Positions 1 to 11,040 are shown, counted from the stretch's first letter. The stretch: DNA of 64,000 nucleotides from Antedon mediterranea (GCF_964355755.1 NC_092672.1:4402001-4466000), one strand, 5' to 3'. Numbers and translations: made by a program. The notes: generated from the letters alone by a model not told the origin.

Positions 1-266
1 GGGCTTCTTATTGTTATCTATATATAATATAATTAGTTTAAACAGACTTTCTGTGGTCGAAAATTAATTAAACATGCCTAATATGGTGCAGAAAAACAAT
101 TAAAAAAATCGCTCCGTATTTTGTACTCACCCAATAAATCAAAACACGGCAGCACCACGTGTTTTCCCGTGTTTTAAACAACGTCACAAATGTGTGTAAC
201 GCGTTTATAGCCTGATTACATTTTTCGAATCTATTAAATTCAAAGGCGACATATAATTAATATGAT

Positions 267-289
267 CATGGAGGTATTATACCTCCATG
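267..289. mobile_element. 23-bp CA..TG palindrome with 7-bp TSD (P-element-like footprint or mini-element)
   Basis: atatgat-CATGGAGGTATTATACCTCCATG-atatgat. Confidence 0.75.
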
Positions 290-382
290 ATATGATCTGT
301 ACATTGATCTGCAATTTTTATAAGTTTCAGAAGGTAATGATTATTTTATAATTGCAAGACCTAACCTAGGATATTTAATTAG

Positions 383-456
383 TAACTGTGTTTTCTTCTG
401 TAAAAACGCGTTTGTCATCATAGCAACAAACCAGATTTCATGAGTTGAGGCGCGAA
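383..456 (+). promoter_or_regulatory. Putative FKBP6 proximal promoter motifs: MYB-like TAACTG (383-388), RFX X-box GTCATCATAGCAAC (414-427), E2F-like GGCGCGAA (449-456)
   Basis: Motif matches 70-145 bp upstream of the ATG; the X-box fits GTHNYYATRRNAAC exactly. Confidence 0.4.
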
Positions 457-526
457 CATTTGTTGTGAGCAGCAGATTTCACGATCGCAAATTCTAGGCC
501 TATATTTTTCATAAAATATAGTAAAT

Positions 527-577
527 ATGGATGATCCAGAAAATTTAGATTTTGCTGAAATGACAATAAATGATGAT
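527..577 (+). CDS. FKBP6: FKBP6-like exon 1 (MDDPENLDFAEMTINDD)
   Basis: ATG at 527, GTAAG donor at 578, phase 0 joins exon 2 in frame. Confidence 0.72.
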
Positions 578-3500
578 GTAAGGCTTATAAATTGTCAAAA
601 TAACCATTTATTTCATTTTAGTTACTGTACATTGTAAAAATTAGCTAGGGCCTAGCCTAGGCCTAACTACGTACTACTTCATTGCTTCAAGATTCTTTCA
701 CTTGTTTTGTTGTTGGTGGCGAAGTATGGGACCGGTACGCGCATTCGCACCCGGTATCGCCAGGAGGTAGGCCTAGGGCCCGGTATCGCCTAGTAGGGTT
801 TTCTTACCAGAAACAAGTTAAAATCAGTTAAAATATGGTTAAACTTTTCATTCGTCAACGTGTCAACAACAAAACATCACTTATTTAATATCACAGAGCG
901 TTTCAGTTTCGGAAAAAACAATTATGAATTAAATTGATCGTACGGTACACCATATCCATACTTTTCTCTGCTTGGCCATTCTATTATTTTAATTTAGGAG
1001 ATTATTTAGAGGGTTTTTAATATGTGGGACAAGTTTTATATTTAGAACCGAGTTTTATATTTAACAATTTTACCGTACCTTTTAGCAAACGGAAGTAAGG
1101 ATATGGTGATCGTATCTTTAGCCACGGCATAAATTGATTAAAAATATCCCAATAACATTAAATATTATGTTAGCATGTACTTGATAACATTTTATATCAT
1201 ACATAAAACTCTACCGGGCGCTACCAAGATTTGCATGACCCGGGCAGATATTTCAGATACCATCAGACGGTCGTTTAGTTGTTCGAGGGGTGTAACATGG
1301 GGTTGTGTATATTTTTCCTCATAAATCTATTACTTGTGCTTGAGGCTAGTCTTAAAAAGTTGTTTGTTCTAGATAATGTTTTCAATGTGTATTTAATATT
1401 TATATAGATAAGAATTAAATTGAATTGTTATCTATTTTACCAAATAGAAAAGGGCCTTTGAGAAAAAAATTATAAAAATGTAGGCTACGCTACTGGTCTT
1501 GTTTTCAATATGTATTTAATATTTTTTTATATAGAAAATTAAATTAGTTATTCTTTTTACAAAACAGAAAAGGGGTCTTTGAAAAAGAATATAATATAAA
1601 AGTGTAGGCTACTGTGCTGGTCTTCATGTTTGTTACCACATTTTAAGAAATAAATTAAGAGGTGTTGTATGTTTATGTGCTTGCAGTATTGGTACTGACT
1701 GTCAAATGGCTGCTGTATTTCCCCCTTCTTTCTTCACCATCTTTTTTTCTTTCAGGATTTAATACCTGCTGACTTTTTATATCACATAAAAATAAACCAT
1801 TCAAAACTTATTTTTGGACCATAACATAGTTGTTGCTGCTCAATGGTGTTACAAACTTCTCTACCAGTAATAACTTTCTGATTTTCTAGAAATTGCATAT
1901 TCCCCTGAAAGAATGTGTTGACTTAGAGGAACTAAGGAGAACTGACGGTAAAGGATGTGAGTTTGAAATTGATGAGGATCAGTTACCACAGAGTAAGTAA
2001 ACTAAAAGTCATCTCCTGATAAAATGCAAATTCCTCCCGATATTTTGGATAAACCAGGGAGATATAAAATATTACCCTGGATAAAAAAAAAATATCCCAA
2101 TATTTCTAATTTTTATTACTCTAAATAGGGAGAAACAAATAAAATATCAGTATGCAAAATGTTTATAATAAATTTATGTATTGTTTAGTAAGTGAAATAA
2201 TAAGTTGATATCGCATTTTCCGCCTTTGGCATGTCTGACAGTTTACTATTTTGAAAATATTTGATAGCGCCCTCTTCAATTTGATGTATTTTTCAAAATA
2301 GTATAGCGCCTTCTATAGTTGGGTCATATTTTTGTTAAACCTCCCCATATATCTAATTTTTCCAAGTTGGAAGGTCTGCTGGCATATGGCCACTTATGTG
2401 AGATTATCATACAGTTCATCCTCTTTGGTACAAGAGTCCCTTTGTAAAGATGGCTTACATTTCTGTGTGCTATAGTAGCAGATCTTCAGAATTGTTTTTC
2501 ACTTGGCAAAACATTTTTTTTAATTGTCAGGCAATCAAGGACAGAACAACTTTTTTGACAATGAAGATTTGTACAAGAATTTGACTAGTGCCAGCTTAAT
2601 GAGAGCTGAGGATGACGAAAATGAAACATCAGGAGATGAAGACCTGGTAAGTATATCCTCTGGTATAATCTCACCCAGACTATACCCAGGGAAACCCTGA
2701 TTCAGGAAAAAAATATTAGTAAGCATTTCTTATAAAAATTCATCTGAACTGGTTAGAGACAGACCAAAAGTAAATACTGGGACTATACCCGGGGATATGC
2801 CTGTTTGTGAAATCAGACATAAAGTAGGGGATAGGATTAGACGACCTGAAGTGCGATTATACCCGAAGTGGGATTATACCCGAGGATATACAGGATCAGA
2901 TAATCTTTTATACGGTCTTTGGTTGAAATAATGTTTTAGAAAATCCAATCAAATCACATTTCATCTATCTATTGTCTTTAAGATGATAGACAGATACTCT
3001 TTCATTATCATTCCTCATGCCTTTAGATTGAGATTAGAGAAATTAGACAAAATATTTATAATAATTTCATTTATTCTTCAGTCTTTTGAAAAACTTGCTC
3101 TAAAAATGGAAGACATTTCTGGGGATGGTGGAGTTAGGAAGAAAATTATTAAACATGGATTAGGAGAGGTTGTGTCCACAGATAACTCTGTTAAGGGTTA
3201 GTCACAATTTTTGTTTATTAAAGTTGAATTTAAATGTTATGATCTTTGAATTATTATAGAGTAAAGTTTGATAGTGTAGACAGAGCTTTATACTGTACAG
3301 TATACTGGACCAAACCAAGTTTTTCCCTTCATAGTGATGACCTCTCAATAGGGGTTGGCTGTAATTGTTAAAACATATATTGCACCTTGTTGTTTCAAAG
3401 GTAAGTGTCCCTATAATAAAGGTGTCCCCTGAATAGAGGTAGGTTATAGTGTTAAACATTTGCACCTTGGTCATCTCATGAGAAAGTGTCCCCAAATAGT

Positions 3501-6500
3501 TCCCAGGAGTTCTACTTTATTTTACTTTCTCTGTTTTTTTTTATTGCAGTTCATTACAATGGCTTTTTAGAATATTCTGATGAACCATATGACTCCAGCC
3601 GTCTGCGTAACAGACCTCAACACTTCAGGCTAGGGAGTGGTAAGTCCTTTTAAATATGTTGTCAACATCCACACACCTTCACATCTAACCTATTAATATT
3701 ATAGATACAATAACTAGTCAATTATTAGGTTATCATCTAACACACCATGACGTATAGTGATGTGTACTTAGTCCAATACCGGACACCTTTAGGCTGGCCT
3801 AATATGTCTGGTTTTCTGGAATGTCTGGTATTGGGAATGTGTTGAATGAATGAATTTGCAACTTTTTGGACCTCAAGAAAAGTCTGAGTTTTGAGAGATT
3901 TTTCAGAGAGTTTGGTATTGGAAGGTATGGCTTTTTAAAAATGAGTAATCTATTTTTATTGAGTATTTTTGAATTCCCAGGCGAGGTGATTCCAGGAATG
4001 GACGTGGCCGTGTCCACCATGAGGAAAGGAGAATTATCTCAATTCCTTGTGAGCTTCGAATATGCATTTGGCGAAAAAGGCGTCCCGCCAAGAATACCAC
4101 AAGAAGCAACAAGTTAGTATAATGCGTAGTCATTGACAAAACATTTAATATTAGTCCATGTGGTTACATTTAAGTTGAGCCAGGCTCTATTCAAGTGGGG
4201 CCAGGCTCTATTTGAGTAGGCCAGCACCTGAGCCTCCTTTTTTGGTTGGATTTTTGCTTTATTTTTTTTTTGTAACATTTCAACCTTGGTTGTAGTGTAT
4301 ATTTATTTGTAGTAACTTGATTTAAGAATATATATATTTTGTTATTTTCAGTTTTGTTTGAAATTGAGTTGATACATTTCTCAGAAGATTGTATTGATGA
4401 TCGTCTTGATAAAGACGCAACTTTTAAAGAAGTTCTTACAGTTGTCAATAGTCTAAGACAAGTATGTTGTCAGCCTTGCTATTTAGAGATCACAGCTGAT
4501 AGAAGATAACTAACAGACCAATTTAACCGATAATTGCTGGAGGGTGTTAATATTTCCATTGATTTTCTGATCTTGATTCTGATTGTATTTAATACCGCCA
4601 TCAATAGTTTGATGTTATCAGATTTTAAAGCCCCTGTAAATAATAAGGCGCATCCCCTTCCTTCGGTTTGAGTCTTTTTTTTTGGCATGGTTGGAATCCC
4701 TTTAATCATATTAGTTTATGTAGAGCAACAACACAACACAACAACAACATTAGGCGCTATATAAATCCAGGATATTATTATTATTATTATAAATGTTTAT
4801 GAATTTGGAGAATATAGATCCAAAAGATTTAATGAGACGAAAGCAGACAGACCACTAAACAAAAAAACCAATACATAACAATTGAATAATGTTATCAATT
4901 ATCCATATTTGTTTTTTATCAGAACGGCAATGATTTGTTCAAGGCCAAAATATTTCCTAAAGCATTCTCCAGATACCAGAAGGTGAGTCTACCACATATT
5001 ACTAGATAATGGTTTTAATTTTAACCTCATTTACTATGTATTGTGCTCATATAGGTTATTAAAACGTCATTCCAATTGTCAAAATTCAATGCGAATGCCT
5101 TTCTATATTTAGGCATATTGCCTAGGATAAGTGAATTCATTCACTATCCTTATAGGTTGCAATCCTGTTCACAGGACAAACATATATATACACAAGATGC
5201 TCCATTTTGTTCATTGCGTTATGGGATTATGCAGGGAAAACAAACCGCATTTTTCAAATACTTATTATTATATTATACTTAGTTGACTGTAATTTTTTAT
5301 TTGTTTTTAGGCTCATAGACTTCTTGAAGATGTTCACTTACAAAATGATGATGAAGAGAAAGAGATGAAAGCTATGATGCTCAAAGTCTGTCTAAACATG
5401 TCTCTATGCTCCTTCAAGATGGGAAAGGCTCCAAGAACAGTCACATTTGCCAATAAAGCTATTGCCATCGACGACAAAAACGCAAAAGCCCACTTTCGCA
5501 AAGGACAGGTAGTAAATTACTGTTTGATTTGTTTAATATTTGGTGGAGAGATGTTACCTCCTAATTATGCCCTGAAATTGTTCCTACATGGGCACACCCC
5601 TGATGGGCACACCCCTGATGGGCACACCCCTGATGGGCACACCCCTGACTTTAGAAATCAATACTTTAGCACTGAAAGTGTATTCTTTCTTCCTTTCGTT
5701 TATAAGTAAACATTGCAAACAAAAATAAAACATAATACATCAAGGGAAGGGTAAAGCAATACTTACTTAAGCTTGGTTCCCACTAGCTACGCAACGCAAG
5801 GACGTAACGCAACGCAAGTGAATTGACCAATCACAAGCGATGGCTTATTCGCTTGTGATTGCTAACTGTCTATAAGTTCGCATGTCATTGGTTAAAACGC
5901 TTGCGCTGCGTTTACGTCCTTGCGTTACGTTCTAGTGGGAACCAAGCTTTAAGCCTTGTTACACCTAGCAGTGCATAGGCCATCAACTACAAGTCTCCAT
6001 CTCACACGGTTCTGGGCAATTCCTTCCACCTCTGTCCAGTTATGGCCAGCATCCTTCAATAGTCGGAACTAATCAAGTTCAGAAGAATAAATAGTTATTC
6101 AGTATAAAGACAGAATAAATATATTTTTTCTTTGCCTTGTTTAAAATTTAAAAAAAAAATCTTTATTAATGTGAAACTTTGTTTATTAACTATTCCACTA
6201 AAGGCATTAATAACTTTAGGTGATTTCAAGCGTGCACGAGTCAGCTTGAAGTCTGCACAGAGGCTAGCGCCAAATGATGGTGACGTCATCCGAGAGCTGC
6301 ATAAGTTGGAGAAGGCATCTGAGAGGTTTAAGGGTCTTGAAAAAGATATGTGTGAAAGAATGTTCAGACCAAAAGGTGAGACAGGAATATTGCGTTCAAT
6401 TATAAAAAGACAATGCTGTACCACTTGAAATATATATTTATACTGGGTAACCTCTTCAGTCAAAGACTGGTCTCCCAGAGGGCCCAATTGGTGATCAGTG

Positions 6501-7805
6501 GCTGTGATGTACTAATACACCGGGGTAACCCCTTACTCATCTCGAAAGATGTACTAGGTTCTTTAAAGTGCACACGAGCTAGATGTGTACACTGGACCTA
6601 CGGTTTATAGTCCTTATCCGAGAAGACTCGTTCTACCACCAGAACCATGGAATGAGTGAGCCTCGAACCCTTGCCGATGTTATGGCTAGGTAATTACGGT
6701 TCCACTGTCTTAACGGCTCGGCCACTCACTCACTCACTCATACAACCACAATTTTCAATAAATAACTTTGATGGATGTTTTTATAAAGTTTACTGTATAT
6801 TTGTTTACTTTCTCGACGTTTCGATCAATATACTTGAACACTGTATCTTCAGGAGTGAGATTTAATTTTGCTATACTTTTGCACTTATGGAAAGACACCT
6901 ACAATTGGTGGTCATATCAACAACTGTTTATATCCTATAACGATTTTTTTATTATTTACAGATTTAAAAGAAGCACCGAAAGAAAGCGCTACTAGAGAGG
7001 AACCCAAAGAATTCAAGATTTCTAACGATTTTGAAGAGCAGATAATGAAAGGTTTGACGTGAGTAAATTGTACATAGATAATTATATACCTCCCTCAGTT
7101 CCAACCTATGTTGTTAAAATTATTCTACTGCAGTAAATGCAGTAACCACATATTTTCACTGCAATTAATACATTATTTTAGTTAAAGATTATGATATAAA
7201 TATTTAGATTTTTTTAAATATTTTAATAGTTTTATACAGTAGAGCATAGTGTTTTAATGTTTTACTATTCTTTATGTTTTTGTTTTACGACTGTTCATAA
7301 TTTTCAGTGAATTTAAAGCTGAGGAGTCAACTCAAAAAGTGTTTCCGTGTTCAACATTTAACAAGAACGAAAAGGAATTTATTGTAAAAAAAGCGGAGAG
7401 TTTAGGGTATCGTGCTAGAGTAGCTGAAGAGGTACTATAATGATTCTTTTGTAATTGGTATTGGTACACTTTCCCTGCCCTTTTCAAATATGCGTAGCTA
7501 GCCTGGCTGATGTTGGACGCTTTGGAACCTGGCCTGGCTTGCTGTCATACTCGATAATGTAAACATCTGTAAAAATTATTATTTATAAAATGTAGATTAT
7601 AGTTCTTGTACATTAATTACAGACATGCATAAAATGTATATAATGTGTGTAATTATTAACATTGAGAGCCACGCACCTTTTTTGAGATACTAATCATATT
7701 TCATGTTGGTAATCATTTTGATAAATAGTATTTTTTTTAAATCAATTGTTTTTTTAGACTACTGGTTATGAAGTAATTAAAGTCAATAAACCTCTAGATG
7801 AATGA
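527..7805 (+). CDS. FKBP6: FKBP6/shutdown-like co-chaperone (FKBP-type PPIase-like domain + TPR; piRNA pathway), 13 coding exons, 471 aa
   Basis: Exons joined by hand: 527-577, 1890-1992, 2531-2646, 3082-3196, 3550-3639, 3981-4112, 4352-4461, 4923-4982, 5311-5508, 6204-6375, 6962-7058, 7308-7431, 7758-7805. All introns are GT-AG, phases are compatible, and the total is 1416 nt ending in TGA. FKBP6-type sequence: SFEKLALKMEDISGDGGVRKKIIKHGLGEVV..VHYNGFLEYSDEPYDSSRLRNRPQHFRLG..GMDVAVSTMRKGELSQFLVSFEYAFGEKGVPPRIPQEATILFEIEL, then TPRs (GNDLFK..LNMSLC..NAKAHFRKGQAL..AQRLAPND..EKDMCERMF). Confidence 0.92.
1377..1623 (+). repeat. Diverged tandem duplication (about 123 bp x2) in FKBP6 intron 1
   Basis: tgttttcaat..gtaggctac..ctggtct occurs twice. 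Confidence 0.75.
1890..1992 (+). CDS. FKBP6: FKBP6-like exon 2 (KLHIPLKECVDLEELRRTDGKGCEFEIDEDQLPQ)
   Basis: ttttctag acceptor, GTAAGT donor, open frame. Confidence 0.82.
2055..2079. mobile_element. 25-bp CA..TG palindrome with 6/7 TSD
   Basis: gataaac-CAGGGAGATATAAAATATTACCCTG-gataaaa. Confidence 0.6.
2531..2646 (+). CDS. FKBP6: FKBP6-like exon 3 (acidic linker)
   Basis: tgtcag acceptor, GTAAGT donor, phase 1 to 0. Confidence 0.85.
2651..2891. mobile_element. MITE with 24-bp TIR abutting the FKBP6 intron 3 donor
   Basis: gtatatcctctggtataatctcac pairs with gtgggattatacccgaggatatac (2 mismatches); internal tataccc repeats. Confidence 0.65.
3082..3196 (+). CDS. FKBP6: FKBP6-like exon 4 (start of FKBP domain)
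   Basis: DISGDGGVRKKIIKHG motif; ttcttcag acceptor, GTTAGT donor. Confidence 0.92.
3550..3639 (+). CDS. FKBP6: FKBP6-like exon 5
   Basis: VHYNGFLEYSDEPYDSS; ttgcag acceptor, GTAAGT donor. Confidence 0.92.
3981..4112 (+). CDS. FKBP6: FKBP6-like exon 6
   Basis: GMDVAVSTMRKGE..YAFGEKGVPPRIP; cccag acceptor, GTTAGT donor. Confidence 0.93.
4352..4461 (+). CDS. FKBP6: FKBP6-like exon 7
   Basis: ILFEIELIHF (end of FKBP domain); ttttcag acceptor, GTATGT donor. Confidence 0.9.
4923..4982 (+). CDS. FKBP6: FKBP6-like exon 8 (TPR1)
   Basis: NGNDLFKAKIFPKAFSRYQK; tatcag acceptor, GTGAGT donor. Confidence 0.9.
5311..5508 (+). CDS. FKBP6: FKBP6-like exon 9 (TPR2-3)
   Basis: LNMSLCSFKMG..KAIAIDDKNAKAHFRKGQ; tttttag acceptor, GTAGTA donor. 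Confidence 0.92.
5588..5648 (+). repeat. 15-bp tandem repeat x4
   Basis: (atgggcacacccctg)4, intronic. Confidence 0.9.
5770..5948. mobile_element. MITE family A1 (179 bp, PIF/Harbinger Tourist-like)
   Basis: TIR AGCTTGGTTCCCACTAG..CTAGTGGGAACCAAGCT, TTA TSD both sides; near-identical copies elsewhere in the window. Confidence 0.88.
6204..6375 (+). CDS. FKBP6: FKBP6-like exon 10 (TPR3 and capping helix)
   Basis: ALITLGDFKRARVSLKSAQRLAPND..DMCERMF; aag acceptor, GTGAGA donor. Confidence 0.88.
6430..6733 (-). mobile_element. tRNA-derived SINE with Nin/Deu-like central domain, full length (FKBP6 intron 10)
   Basis: Minus strand: box A TGGCCGAGCCGTTAAG, box B GGTTCGAGGC, core GGATAAGGACTATAAACCGTAGGTCC..GCACTTTAAAGAACC..GGGGTTACCCCGGTG; two relatives nearby. 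Confidence 0.8.
6809..6860 (-). ncRNA. Degenerate minimal type I hammerhead ribozyme motif (Penelope-like element relic)
   Basis: Minus strand: tctcactc-CTGAAGA-tacagt-gttcaagtatattgatc-GAAA-C-GTC-gagaaa. Confidence 0.5.
6962..7058 (+). CDS. FKBP6: FKBP6-like exon 11
   Basis: tttacag acceptor, GTGAGT donor, phase 1 to 2 in frame. Confidence 0.82.
7308..7431 (+). CDS. FKBP6: FKBP6-like exon 12 (R3H-like region)
   Basis: ttttcag acceptor, phase 2 to 0; EFKAEESTQKVFPCSTFNKNEKEFIVKKAESLGYRARVAEE. Confidence 0.8.
7758..7805 (+). CDS. FKBP6: FKBP6-like last coding exon (TTGYEVIKVNKPLDE*)
   Basis: poly-T-ag acceptor; TGA at 7803-7805. Confidence 0.75.
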   Translation, partial: TTGYEVIKVNKPLDE

Positions 7806-7959
7806 TACAAATATCAAAAGGTAACAACATTTCAATTTTTCATTTATATTTGTATTGTATATAATTAGCATATAAATTGTGAGGTTAACATTCATTAAAT
7901 TATATGACCACCATGTGTTTATATAGATATTAGCAAGGTCATAGGTTATATTTTTTGTA

Positions 7960-8257
7960 GGCATATGTGGCCAGGGATTACCAATAGTATATTAATCACT
8001 TTCCTATCTGTAGATGGTAATTTTGTGAACCAGTTCACCGGAGGAACCCCCTGCTCGTCTCAAATGATGAACTGGGTTCTTTAAAGTGCACTTGGGTTAT
8101 AATTGTGTTCACTGGACCTACGGTTTAGTCCTTATCTAAGAAGACTTGTTCGACCACCAGAACTAGGAGTGAGTCCGCCTCAAACCCGTGCCGATAGTGT
8201 TAGCTTTTTAGGTATGGTAAACGGCGCCACTGCCTTAACCGCTCCGCCATTTGACTT
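7960..8257 (-). mobile_element. tRNA-derived Nin/Deu-like SINE, second subfamily (different 3' tail)
   Basis: Box A TGGCGGAGCGGTTAAG, box B GGTTTGAGGC, same central core, unrelated tail. Confidence 0.72.
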
Positions 8258-8325
8258 GCTCTTAGGGCAAGATTAAGGATATTCAAAATGAGGGAGTGCT
8301 AGAGATTGGGAACAACTAAGAAGGT

Positions 8326-8575
8326 AACCATAATTACCTAACCATAACATCAGCAAGGGTTTGAGGCTCACTCGCTCCATGGTTGTGGTGGAAGAACCGT
8401 AGTCTACACTGAGTCCAGTCTACACTAGCTCATGTGCACTTTAAAGAACCTAGTACATCTTTCAAGACGAGTAGGAAGTTACCCCGATGTACTAGTACAC
8501 CACACACAGCCACTAATCATAACTGGGCCCTCTGGCAGATGTCTTTGACTGAAGAGGTCACCTAGTTTAAATAAT
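8326..8575 (+). mobile_element. 5'-truncated Nin/Deu-like SINE, same subfamily as 6430-6733, opposite orientation
   Basis: Colinear with the reverse complement of 6430-6700 (taattaccta..ccataacatc..gcactttaaagaacctagtacatctttc..gtctttgactgaagagg). Confidence 0.78.
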
Positions 8576-10185
8576 TTTAATTAATATAATATTAATAATA
8601 ATAGGGAGTGCAACCCCTCCGAAACTGTACTTTTACTGTATTATTTTTTTATAGACTATCATCTGTGTCTTGAAGACTAAGTGTAATCAAAGTAAGAGTA
8701 ATTTGTTTTGTTTTACCACACAGTTTATCAAATGGTACCTGTAAATATATGGTTTTCAGAAAGAGTTAAAACATTCCAGAACAAGGCTGAGTATGGTGAT
8801 TGTTTTGACTGTAATAAGTCTAGTCAATTGACTAGACGAGCACATCATGTTGAGTTTTATTATTCCGTCTATTCCAAAAGCACACTATTTATTCTGTAAT
8901 ACCCGATTTAAATAGATTTTAACAAGTATATTTCAAAGTACTTTTGATTGTCTTTACCTCGAAAAGCATTATTTTTGATAATTGTGTATGTAACATCACT
9001 TACCGAGATGGTTTTCAGAGACGTGAGTACGTTTGTATCAGAGCATATCAGTATTATTATTATTATTGTCTTTTGTATCAGACCATCAAAGTTATTTTTT
9101 AAATAAAAAAAGTAAAATTGTTTGTTTTTGTATTATGTCACCTATTTGCAAGCTTCAGTTCTTCTTTCTTTCCTTCCTTCTTTCTTTATTTCCATTCATC
9201 ATACACATTAATAAACATACATTAATGAGCATAGTACAAAGAGAGAAAAAAGAATGAAAATATATATATAGGTATATATAAATGGAAAACAAATACGGTA
9301 ATTGGAAAGGAAAATGCATAGCAAAAAAGATAGTCTTAACAGAAAATAAATATGATGAAAGTGTAATCAAACTTTACTTACAGTAAATAGTTAAGCAATG
9401 TTCATTAACCAATTGAATGTACACTAACTAACTTTTGGATGGATGTCGATAATAAAATTGTCCGTAATTAGGATTTGGGTAGACGAGTGGCACTTGACAG
9501 TAGATAATTCCTGATAAATCCACTCAGTTATACATTTTTTTTCCATTATTATTATTATATATATATTATATTTTTTGCAAATTAGTACCGGATTGAAAAA
9601 TAATAGGGAGGATAAAAGTGGTGTGGGAAGGAATTCTTATACCCTATCACCTAATGCCCTATCACCTAATGCCGAGGCAGAAGGAATACAGTACAGGATT
9701 CGCGCGCCTTTACGCGTAGTCAATACAACATTTCCTTGCGGGAGTTTGATGACGTAAAAGGAGAGTATGGGTCGAGGAGGCAAGACTTCTCGTTCGTAGG
9801 AACACAGAACAAAAACGAGAAAATCACACTGTATAAAGTATAAGGTCATATTTGTTCAATTTGTATGGCACGCTTCACGCTGCCGTGAATATGACTGTGT
9901 CGGCCGTAAAATCTTTACAAGTGTACTAATTATTACTTTTGTTATAAATGTCTCCATATTCTAACCTTTAAAATATCGCTTTGATGCATGGCGACCCATC
10001 ATACAGTTTAACACACAACTGTGTGTACTGTACAATATTACAGTATGTTTCTATCACAGTTGGTGGAGTGTAATAGATGGATGGACTAAAATATAAAATT
10101 ATCAAACTTGTTAAATTACTGAATAATTATCGCACACACAAAAAAAGTATTGTTCGTCGAATGTATAGCCTGATAAAAATGATGA

Positions 10186-10240
10186 GAGATTTGAACCTAA
10201 ACAATTTTGTCTGAGGTCGAGCACCCTATCAATTAACCAC
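10186..10240 (-). mobile_element. Degenerate tRNA-derived SINE head
   Basis: Minus strand TGGTTAATTGATAGG (box A-like) .. GGTTCAAATC (box B). Confidence 0.35.
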
Positions 10241-11040
10241 ACAAACCTATTCGTCACCTATGACCGAATTTGATTATTAATTAGTGTAGGGTTAACATAT
10301 TAATGACAAGTTGTTTTTTATTTGTATTCCGTCCCCCATTCCAACTCAACCCCCCTCCTCCCCATACCTCCCCCCCCCCTCATACCTCCCCCCCCCCTCT
10401 TCCTATGTGTAAACTAACAAAATTGATACTGTCAAGGAATATCTCGTGATATAAAACAAAAGTGAAACAAATTGTGAAATTGTATTCATTGTTGGTCCAT
10501 TTCGGTGTATTTTACATTTATTTTTAAATATTGTGTAACCCAGAGGCAGACAGACGTAAATACTTGGTTTTGTAATCTAAACGGTTAGGCCTTCTTTACC
10601 GGTAGCGTGTTTCATGATATTTATTGTGTTTACCTGTTTTTTCAAGAAACTTAATTCGGTTGAGATGTTCGTCAATAAAATGATTATGAAGCGGAAAGAA
10701 GGCGAATTAGCATAACAAAACCCTGCTTTCAATAGTGGGTGATTACCTTTCTCGACACTATTGCCCTTATTTTGTTATTTCAGCGAGAATATTAGGTCTA
10801 TGTGTAGTTATTTCATGTCATACACTCGTTAGCTACCAATTGGTGTTTAGTTGTTTATTAAAGACGAGTACATTCAGTGTGTTTAAGACAACAGTTCTGT
10901 ATTCTGCTGTAGCGTATTTGTACACAATATAACACCGTGTTCGATTGAGTTAAGCCGCTGGTTATTATTTAATTTGGAATATAGGCGCTAAGAGCTAGGC
11001 CTAGGACAACCGCACATTTTATTCTTGTTTCGCTTTTAAA

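Noticed and set aside
1722-1823. Strong polypyrimidine-CAG acceptor at 1755 in FKBP6 intron 1
   Set aside because: In-frame stop follows shortly and there is no clear donor; cannot support an exon without RNA data.
6660-6730. Possible tRNA gene (A and B boxes)
   Set aside because: No cloverleaf; it continues into a SINE body repeated nearby.
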